The notes beneath the pieces are model-generated. The model did no database searches, was not told where the DNA came from, and worked only from the letters and a program-made list of their open reading frames with translations. A program made the translations under genes and the position numbers. From assembly GCF_001481685.1 (NCBI RefSeq), contig NZ_CP006867.1, positions 1,200,001 through 1,232,000 of the forward strand: a stretch of 32,000 nt of DNA, written 5' to 3'. The stretch is from Ignicoccus islandicus DSM 13165. GTDB taxonomy: Archaea > Thermoproteota > Thermoprotei_A > Sulfolobales > Ignicoccaceae. Shown here one piece after another: positions 25,409 to 32,000 of this stretch; position 1 is the stretch's first letter, and each line of letters begins with the position of its first letter.

Positions 25409-25852
25409 TTACCTCACTGGCTTCTGCTTCTTCCCTTTCAAGATAGCGTCGAGGGATACACCGTTTACTAAAACTACCTTGTATCTGACTCCTGGGATGT
25501 CACCCATCGATCTTCCTCTTGGACCGCCGATACCTACTATCACCACTTCGTCGTGTTCGGAAATTACGTTCAAACCACCGTCTCCTGGTACGAATGCAGT
25601 AACGACCTTACCGTTCTTTACTAATTGAACCCTAACGCACTTTCTTATTGCGGAGTTAGGCTTTCTCGCCTCTACGCCTACCTTTTCAAGGACTATTCCC
25701 TTGGCCATAGGAGCTCCTTCTAATGGGTCGTACTTCTCCTTTAGCTTCAACATTCTCCTCTTGAACTCCCTCTGACTCCATCTGAACTTCAATCTCTTCC
25801 TCTCTAGCTTCCTAGCCGCATACAGCCCGTTAGGAGCTTTCTTACCGGGCAC
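25409..25852 (-). CDS. rps12: 30S ribosomal protein S12 (uS12)
   Basis: [32 protein letters not shown]...[11 protein letters not shown] is the canonical S12 sequence. Confidence 0.95.
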   Translation of the reverse strand: MPGKKAPNGLYAARKLERKRLKFRWSQREFKRRMLKLKEKYDPLEGAPMAKGIVLEKVGVEARKPNSAIRKCVRVQLVKNGKVVTAFVPGDGGLNVISEHDEVVIVGIGGPRGRSMGDIPGVRYKVVLVNGVSLDAILKGKKQKPVR

Positions 25853-25867
25853 CGCACGTTCACCCCT

Positions 25868-26302
25868 TTACACTACTACTAAGTTGTCGATATCGAAATG
25901 CCTTTTAAGAATTAATCGAGCCTTATGTACGTTTCTACCGTTCTTACCTATAGCTATCCCCTTATCCGCTTCAGCTATCCTTACGTATACTGTTTTTACC
26001 TTCCCAGTCCTGTTTACCTTTACGCTCTCCACTTTGGCTGGCATGAAAATGTTCTTGATACACTCCTCTAGGTTTTCAGAGAATGGAACCACTTCTACGT
26101 CCTTCTTCAAGAGTTCCTTCAATGTCTTTATCTTAGCACCTCTTCTACCTATTGCCTTCCCTACTTCTTCTGGTCTGACTAAAGCTATTACCCTATTGAA
26201 CTTATCATCTATAATGCAATCTATGGGGGAAGCGCCAGTTATATCGCTAAAAATCTGCATGCATTGAAATTCTTCATGAGTTAAAAGCACGTCCTTAGGC
26301 AT
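25868..26302 (-). CDS. nusA: Archaeal NusA-like transcription termination/antitermination factor (two KH domains)
   Basis: Two KH GxxG loops, GKAIGRRGAKIK and GIAIGKNGRNVHKA. It holds the conserved position between L30e and S12. Confidence 0.85.
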   Translation of the reverse strand: MPKDVLLTHEEFQCMQIFSDITGASPIDCIIDDKFNRVIALVRPEEVGKAIGRRGAKIKTLKELLKKDVEVVPFSENLEECIKNIFMPAKVESVKVNRTGKVKTVYVRIAEADKGIAIGKNGRNVHKARLILKRHFDIDNLVVV

Positions 26303-26311
26303 CTCTCACGT

Positions 26312-26629
26312 TCACCTCACGTTGCTCTCCCTTCTAATAGCATCTACTATCTTTGAGTCGCCTTCATCTATTATTGCTAACGCACTGACTACGAAGGGCT
26401 TGGCACACAAGGTGCCTAGTTCCTTACTAGTGCCCGGATAGACGTATACTGGTATATCGCCTAGTTTCGCGTAATATAATATGTCTCGCCTTACCTCCGT
26501 AGGTGCGTTCTGCGCTACAATAGCCGCCTTTGCCTTTCCTAATTTCAAGAGCTTTATTGTAGTCTTCGCTCCGAGCTTCACTTCTCCCGTTCTCAATGCC
26601 GTCTTCAACTCAGCTTCTACTGCGGTCAC
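26312..26629 (-). CDS. rpl30e: 50S ribosomal protein L30e (eL30)
   Basis: [16 protein letters not shown]...IVAQNAP...[35 protein letters not shown]. Its start overlaps the rpoA'' stop by 4 nt. Confidence 0.85.
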   Translation of the reverse strand: MTAVEAELKTALRTGEVKLGAKTTIKLLKLGKAKAAIVAQNAPTEVRRDILYYAKLGDIPVYVYPGTSKELGTLCAKPFVVSALAIIDEGDSKIVDAIRRESNVR

Positions 26630-27897
26630 GATTCATCACCGTGAGCTTCTGGGGTCGGGGTAGCTTTAACTACTTGTCTTTTCGCTAGCGCTTGAGGATT
26701 TAGAAGTAACGTCACCATTCCGGTTCCTAAAGGTATCGGCTGGCCTATTATTATGTTCTCAATTACTCCCCTTAATTCGTCAACTTCCCCGAACACAGCC
26801 GCCTCGGCTAACTGCTTAACTGTTACTTCGAAGGAAGCTCTCGCTAGAACGCTCTCCTTAGTTCCAGCTATTCCGTGTCTACCTACTTGCCTGACTTCTC
26901 CCATCCAAGTCATTGCGTCAGCTAGTAGTAAGATGTGCCTAACGTCTACGTCCAAACCCTGGTTCTCCAAGACATCTAGGATTTCGTTAACTATTGCGTT
27001 CCTAGCCGCCTCTATTCCCAAGACTGCTTCTATTTCCTTAATGCTATTTGTAACCGTTCTCGTGGGATCTACGCCTTCTACTTGTAGAACTTGAGCTAAG
27101 TTCGATCCATCCGTTACCAATACGTACTCATTTTCCCTATGTTGGACTATTACTCTATTTACGTCCTTTATTCCCTTTATCTTGATGTTAAGTATCTTAT
27201 CTTTTATCTTCTGGATATCCATTATGCTCAAGGTAGCATCAGTTCCAAGCCTAATTATAACAGCGTACTCGTCGTCGGGGCTAGGTTCTGCCTTACCCTT
27301 CACCCTAGACTTGTTTATGGCCCTTATGACGTCCTCCCTCGTTAAACCTTTGTCTTCTAGCATGTCCGGGTCCAACCTTATTATTATTGCGTTTTCATAC
27401 CAATCTATTTCAATAGTATCGGTGACGTTCTCTACCTTCGTCATTTCTATTCTTCTAGCCACTTCAAGCGCCTTCTCCTTATCGTATCTATGTTCTTCAT
27501 CCAAGTACACGGTCATCATGGGAGTGCTCGGAGTCTTCCTAGCGTCAACTATTTCTATGAGTCTGGGTAAACCTAGGGTTACGTTGAATTCCTTTACACC
27601 TGCGTAGTGGAAGGTTCTCAAGGTCATTTGTGTAGATGGTTCGCCTATTGACTGCGCGGCCACAGTACCGACTGCTTCACCGGGTTCCACTAAAGCTCTC
27701 AAGTAATATCGGAACGTAAGTTCAACTATCTTCTTTACTTGACCCTTCGTAACGTCCGGCTTCGATTCAATGAGCTTCTTCAAGCTCTCTTTAAGGTTGT
27801 CAATGAACGTTGGCCTGGAAATTACCCCTAGTTCTTCCCTTACCGTTCTCTCGTAGTTATCAACTAATTCGTAGGCGTATTGGATCAACTCGCTCAA
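26626..27897 (-). CDS. rpoA2: DNA-directed RNA polymerase subunit A'' (Rpo1C)
   Basis: [30 protein letters not shown] (trigger-loop region). Also [12 protein letters not shown] and [12 protein letters not shown]. Its start overlaps the rpoA' stop by 4 nt. Confidence 0.95.
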   Translation of the reverse strand: MSELIQYAYELVDNYERTVREELGVISRPTFIDNLKESLKKLIESKPDVTKGQVKKIVELTFRYYLRALVEPGEAVGTVAAQSIGEPSTQMTLRTFHYAGVKEFNVTLGLPRLIEIVDARKTPSTPMMTVYLDEEHRYDKEKALEVARRIEMTKVENVTDTIEIDWYENAIIIRLDPDMLEDKGLTREDVIRAINKSRVKGKAEPSPDDEYAVIIRLGTDATLSIMDIQKIKDKILNIKIKGIKDVNRVIVQHRENEYVLVTDGSNLAQVLQVEGVDPTRTVTNSIKEIEAVLGIEAARNAIVNEILDVLENQGLDVDVRHILLLADAMTWMGEVRQVGRHGIAGTKESVLARASFEVTVKQLAEAAVFGEVDELRGVIENIIIGQPIPLGTGMVTLLLNPQALAKRQVVKATPTPEAHGDES

Positions 27898-30581
27898 TCT
27901 AACCTCACCCCGGTAACTTTTTCTATTACGTGCTTAACATCAACCGATTCACCGTGGGCGCTTCTCATTGGATCAACTCCGTCATCACCGTAAATGGTTT
28001 GGTAAACCTCTCCCTTCGCTCCCTTAACCATTCCATCGTAGTCTACCTTCAAGTCTTGAAGAGCATTAATCAACCTCCTCTGCATGTAACCGGACTGACT
28101 AGTTCTTACAGCCGTGTCCACGAGACCTTCTCTACCACCAGCCGCGTGGAAGAACACCTCAGTTGGAGTTAGTCCCTCGTAGAACGAATGCTTTACGAAA
28201 CCCCTTGCGTCGGGTCTAATGTCTCCCCACTTGAAGTGAGGCAACGTTCTCTTTCTGTATCCTCTCTTAATTCTCTCACCTCTAACGGATTGCTGACCCA
28301 ACATAGCTGCCATCTGCGTTAAGTTCAGTATGTTACCTCTTGCGCCCGCTCTTGCCATTATTACGGCGTTGTTCAACGGGCTTAAGTACTTCGCAGCTAT
28401 TTCACCAGCCTTGTCTCTTGCCTTAGCTAGAACGTCCATTATAAGTAACTCAAGGGTCTCTTCGAGAGTTCTTCCAGGTAAGGGTTCTAGCAAACCGTTT
28501 TGATAGTCCTCGATGAGCTTGTCTACCTCAGCGTACGCCTCCTCTATAGCTTTCTCTATTTCCTTCTTCGCTTCTTCAGGAAGCTTAACGTCGTCATACC
28601 TTGTAGTGAATCCCTTCTTTTCTGTGAACTTCAAGAACATCTTAAAGGCGGTATCGTATATCTCTCTCGCCTTCTCTGGTCCGTATTCGTAAACTAGCCA
28701 GAACATTAAGCTCTTCGGTTGTTCATGTCCAATGGACTTCTTGTCCAGGACGCCTTGGACCAATTCACCGTTTCTAACCACTACGAAGGAGTCATGGAAA
28801 CAGTACTCGTTATCACATTTGAGCTCTCCAGTTGCAATGTTAGCCTTACCCGAGTAGTTGAAGTCCTTGGGAAGGAACACCGAGAACAACCTCTTTCCTG
28901 TCCAAACCTTCTTGGGGCTTATGAACGCTGGTTCGGGCATTTCGCCGGTATAACCCGTTACTCCCAATAGCTCGGCAACGTCTTTCTCATCTAGTAGCGT
29001 TGCCACTGTGGTTAGTAAGTACGCTCCGGAAATGTAATCCTGAAGACCTCCTATTATTGGACCGCCGTATCTCGGACTCAATATGTGCTTCTCGACGAGC
29101 ATTAGCTCTCTAGCTTCGGCCCTAGCCTCTTCGCTTTGTGGAACGTGAAGGTTCATTTCGTCTCCGTCGAAGTCAGCGTTATAAGGCGGACAGACTAATG
29201 GGTTCAATCTGAAGGTTCTTCCCGGTAGAATCCTCACCAGGTGTGCCATTATGCTCATTCTATGGAGAGATGGTTGTCTGTTGAACAGAACCACGTCCCC
29301 GTTCTGTAAGTGCCTTTCTATGATGTAACCGGGTTTTAGTGCACTAGCGAGCTCCTTCCTATCTTTCCTAAACTTCAAGTCTATCCTCTGTCCCTGTGGT
29401 GTAATTACGTAGTTCGCTCCGGGCCATCTCTCGGGGCCATTTATTACTAATTGTCTCATCTCTTCGATGTTCCAAGGCGTTACCCTTACTGGAACGGTCA
29501 ATATCTTCGCTACTTCTTCAGGTACTCCCACCTCATTGATTGAAATGTTGGGATCGGGAGATATTACGGTTCTTGCAGAGAAGTCGACTCTCTTACCTGA
29601 TAGATTAGCTCTGAACCTTCCTTCTTTACCCTTCAACCTCTGAGCTATGGTCCTCAGCGGCTTACCGGACCTGTGCCTGGATGGAGGTACTCCGGGAATT
29701 TCGTTATCGAAGAACGTGGCCACGTGGTACTGAAGCAAGTCCCATAGGTTCTCAATCATTGCTTCGGAGGCTCCGCTCTCTAGGTTGTCCCTTAGCTTGT
29801 TGTTTATCCTTACTATATCGGCTAGCTTGTGCGTTAGATCGTCTTCAGACCTAATTCCGCTCTCTAAGACTATCGAAGGCCTTACGGGAATGGGAGGTAC
29901 TGGTAACACCGTTAGAACGAGCCATTCGGGCCTCGCTTCCTTGGGATCGAAACCAAGCAGTCTCGCGTGGTGATCCGGGATTAGTGCTAATCTCTTCTGC
30001 ACGTCTATTGGAGTTAACTTAGATACTTGCGTTTCTCGCTCTTCCAAGAACTTATACGGTTTCTCTAATCTAACTTTATACTGCTTCGCTCCACAGTGTG
30101 GGCAAGTTTGCGCTTTAGCAGCCTTTTTCTTTATGTAGCTTACTAGTCTCTTCGCATGTAATGGCCACTTGTTAGTCAACCTCTCATATAAGTCTAAATA
30201 CTCTTCAATTTCGTCTTCATTGAGTTTTAACTTCCCGCAGCGCCTACACGTAGCTCTCAGAGCGTCGTAAATGTATTGAATGAAGACGTAGTGATAAACC
30301 GGTTTAGCCAACTCAATTGAGCCGAAGTGGCCGGGACAGTCGTGCATTGTATTACCGCAAGTGGGGCACTTTTGTCCCGGATTCACTACTCCCATTCTAG
30401 GATCCATTATACCTCCTTCAATGGGCATACCGGCCTCGTCGTAGGCCCTGTCGCTGACTATCGTTACTCTGGACATTTGCCTTATTTCGTGGGGCGAGAG
30501 TATTCCGAACTTTATCTCTTTTATTATTTTATCTATTCTTTGAACTTTGGATCTTATTCTGGGAGCTGGTTTACGTACCAT
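27894..30581 (-). CDS. rpoA1: DNA-directed RNA polymerase subunit A' (Rpo1N)
   Basis: Catalytic Mg motif [17 protein letters not shown]. Zn motifs [16 protein letters not shown] and [30 protein letters not shown]. 895 aa. Confidence 0.97.
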   Translation of the reverse strand: MVRKPAPRIRSKVQRIDKIIKEIKFGILSPHEIRQMSRVTIVSDRAYDEAGMPIEGGIMDPRMGVVNPGQKCPTCGNTMHDCPGHFGSIELAKPVYHYVFIQYIYDALRATCRRCGKLKLNEDEIEEYLDLYERLTNKWPLHAKRLVSYIKKKAAKAQTCPHCGAKQYKVRLEKPYKFLEERETQVSKLTPIDVQKRLALIPDHHARLLGFDPKEARPEWLVLTVLPVPPIPVRPSIVLESGIRSEDDLTHKLADIVRINNKLRDNLESGASEAMIENLWDLLQYHVATFFDNEIPGVPPSRHRSGKPLRTIAQRLKGKEGRFRANLSGKRVDFSARTVISPDPNISINEVGVPEEVAKILTVPVRVTPWNIEEMRQLVINGPERWPGANYVITPQGQRIDLKFRKDRKELASALKPGYIIERHLQNGDVVLFNRQPSLHRMSIMAHLVRILPGRTFRLNPLVCPPYNADFDGDEMNLHVPQSEEARAEARELMLVEKHILSPRYGGPIIGGLQDYISGAYLLTTVATLLDEKDVAELLGVTGYTGEMPEPAFISPKKVWTGKRLFSVFLPKDFNYSGKANIATGELKCDNEYCFHDSFVVVRNGELVQGVLDKKSIGHEQPKSLMFWLVYEYGPEKAREIYDTAFKMFLKFTEKKGFTTRYDDVKLPEEAKKEIEKAIEEAYAEVDKLIEDYQNGLLEPLPGRTLEETLELLIMDVLAKARDKAGEIAAKYLSPLNNAVIMARAGARGNILNLTQMAAMLGQQSVRGERIKRGYRKRTLPHFKWGDIRPDARGFVKHSFYEGLTPTEVFFHAAGGREGLVDTAVRTSQSGYMQRRLINALQDLKVDYDGMVKGAKGEVYQTIYGDDGVDPMRSAHGESVDVKHVIEKVTGVRLD

Positions 30582-30688
30582 AAAATTTGCCCACTAAGGG
30601 TCGCTGGCGGTAGTATAAAAGGTATAACTCCCAAGCGCTCGCTCAGTTAAAACTCTCGGTAGGGTCTATCTAAATAAAGTGGGGAAGA
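30582..30688. promoter_or_regulatory. Divergent promoter region between rpoA' and orc1/cdc6
   Basis: On the minus strand, TTTTATA (30620-30614) sits about 33 nt upstream of the rpoA' ATG, consistent with a near-leaderless transcript. AT-rich gttaaaac and ctaaataaa elements precede the cdc6 GTG on the plus strand. No TSS data are available. Confidence 0.4.
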
Positions 30689-31906
30689 GTGCTGTCAGCC
30701 GACCTAGACGATATACTCGAAGACGTCTTTGAAAGGGTATCGAAGTCAAGGATATTTAAGAACAGGGACGTGTTAATGCCCGATTTCCTACCTAATAGAT
30801 TACCCCACCGAGAGGAACAGATAAGGAAGGTAGCTAGCGTGTTAGCCCAAGCCCTCAAGGGCTATAGACCCAACAACCTATTCCTTTACGGCTTAACCGG
30901 AACGGGTAAGACTGCCGTAGTTAAGCTCGTTACAAAGAAATTAAGTGAAAAGGCCCGCGAAAGGGGCGTTAGACTCAAGGTCGCTTTCGTTAATACTAAG
31001 AGGGACGATACCCCCTATAGAGTGCTTTCTAAACTCTTGGAGAACATAGGATTCCGGGTTCCCCCTACAGGAATTGCTACTGCCCAACTTTACGCTAATT
31101 TCAAGAGGCTTTTAGACAAGCGAGACTTACTACTAATAATAGTGCTCGACGAGATCGATTACCACGTTAAGAAACACGGTGACGATTTGCTTTACAAGCT
31201 CACAAGGATAAACGAGGAACTGAGGAACTCTAAAGTATCTATAATAGGAATAACTAACGACGTGAACTTCACGAGCTGGTTAGATCCTAGGGTTAAAAGT
31301 TCTCTAAGTGAAGAAGAGTTGGTGTTTCCACCCTACACTGCCCCTCAACTTGAAGACATATTAAGAGATAGGGCGCAAATGGCCTTCGAGGATGAGGCTC
31401 TCGAGGAAGGCGTGATACCCTTCTGTGCCGCCCTCGCCGCTAGGGAAAGAGGTGATGCGAGGAAAGCGCTCGATTTACTTAGAGTGGCTGGGGAGCTAGC
31501 GGAAAGGGAAGGGAGAAACAAAGTAACTACGGAGCACGTTAAGAAGGCATGGGAACAAATAGAGAAGGATAGGGTAATAGAAGTCGTTAGGTCATTACCG
31601 CTCCATAGCAAATTGATACTATTGGCTATAGCTAAGTTGACTAAGGACGGAACGGTTACTTACACCGGCGAAGTATACAAGCTCTACAAAGAGTTCACTT
31701 CGGATTTAGGAATAGAGACGTTAACTCTAAGGAGGGTCAGTGATCTGATAGGTGAACTAGATATGCTTGGCTTGATTAGCACGCAAGTAGTCAGTAGGGG
31801 TAAGAGGGGGATGACCAGAGTAATAAACTTGGAGAGCGATTACAAGTCCGTGATAAAGGGCCTTAAAGATGATCCCAGAGTGGCCGAAATCGCTGGCCTC
31901 ATTTGA
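30689..31906 (+). CDS. cdc6: Orc1/Cdc6 replication initiator
   Basis: PDFLPNRLPHREEQI, Walker A LFLYGLTGTGKTA, Walker B LIIVLDEID, sensor GITND, GDARKALDLLR, and a C-terminal winged helix. GTG start. Confidence 0.95.
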   Translation: MLSADLDDILEDVFERVSKSRIFKNRDVLMPDFLPNRLPHREEQIRKVASVLAQALKGYRPNNLFLYGLTGTGKTAVVKLVTKKLSEKARERGVRLKVAFVNTKRDDTPYRVLSKLLENIGFRVPPTGIATAQLYANFKRLLDKRDLLLIIVLDEIDYHVKKHGDDLLYKLTRINEELRNSKVSIIGITNDVNFTSWLDPRVKSSLSEEELVFPPYTAPQLEDILRDRAQMAFEDEALEEGVIPFCAALAARERGDARKALDLLRVAGELAEREGRNKVTTEHVKKAWEQIEKDRVIEVVRSLPLHSKLILLAIAKLTKDGTVTYTGEVYKLYKEFTSDLGIETLTLRRVSDLIGELDMLGLISTQVVSRGKRGMTRVINLESDYKSVIKGLKDDPRVAEIAGLI

Positions 31907-32000
31907 TGACGGTAAGTTCACTAAGGAACTATGTCCCGTAGTGATCGTTAAAACAGAGGGCTTCCCTCCAGACGTAATCGAATTGGCGTTCTTAAGGCTC

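Noticed and set aside
26481-30650. Numerous plus-strand ORFs of 60-141 aa (e.g. 26753-27094, 27182-27607, 28719-28970, 30327-30650) inside the rpoA'/rpoA''/L30e region
   Set aside because: All lie antisense to unambiguous, highly conserved RNAP and ribosomal genes. Their compositions are Ser/Leu/Thr-rich, as expected of shadow frames.
30582-30688. Possible replication origin (ORB elements) in the rpoA'/cdc6 spacer
   Set aside because: The spacer is only 107 bp and two promoters must fit in it. I saw no repeated ORB or mini-ORB-like motif (TCCA...GGAAA type) and no extended AT-rich unwinding element. GTGGGGAA near 30679 is a single weak resemblance.
1-32000. CRISPR arrays, tandem or long inverted repeats, transposases, integrases, and toxin-antitoxin or known defence genes
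   Set aside because: None were seen on visual inspection of the intergenic regions and the ORF translations. The window reads as core chromosome and does not look like an accessory island. A repeat finder or defence-system HMM set could catch what I missed.
31941-32000. Possible start of a plus-strand gene (GTG 31941, MIVKTEGFPPDVIELAFLRL...) at the right edge
   Set aside because: Only 20 codons are visible, which is too short to support as a feature.

Overview
The window looks like a chromosomal segment from a hyperthermophilic, probably anaerobic, crenarchaeote (TACK/Thermoproteota). Evidence for this: a split rpoA (A' and A''), a candidate Rpo8, the L30e-NusA-S12-S7 block, Orc1/Cdc6, CDP-archaeol synthase, FAU-1, superoxide reductase, frequent GTG/TTG starts and many 1-4 nt gene overlaps. 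I estimate the GC content by eye at roughly mid-40s %. I cannot name a species.

The window is densely coding (about 45 CDS) and mostly housekeeping: hemB, a sugar nucleotidyltransferase, acs, hisE/hisH, and transcription, translation and replication genes. I found no rRNA, tRNA, CRISPR array, transposase, integrase or long repeat.

All family assignments come from reading motifs in the supplied translations. No homology search was run, so they are hypotheses of varying strength.

The best candidate for something undescribed is a tightly packed three-gene cluster at 8878-12550. It contains a long-form KamA-family radical SAM protein, a short creatininase-fold amidohydrolase and a radical SAM/SPASM protein. 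I can assign it no pathway.

Secondary curiosities:
- An orphan SdhB-like Fe-S protein abutting a THEP1-type NTPase, followed by a small acidic ORF.
- ORFans at 12553-13752 and 17698-18547.
- A 58-aa Cys-rich ORF that falls below the ORF-track cutoff.
- A six-gene overlapping operon mixing PadR, UPF0147, FAU-1, a mini RecA-like ATPase, CarS and a membrane protein.
- An antisense BFN-nuclease gene splitting S12 from S7.
- rpoA' lacking an upstream rpoB and instead sitting divergent to orc1/cdc6.
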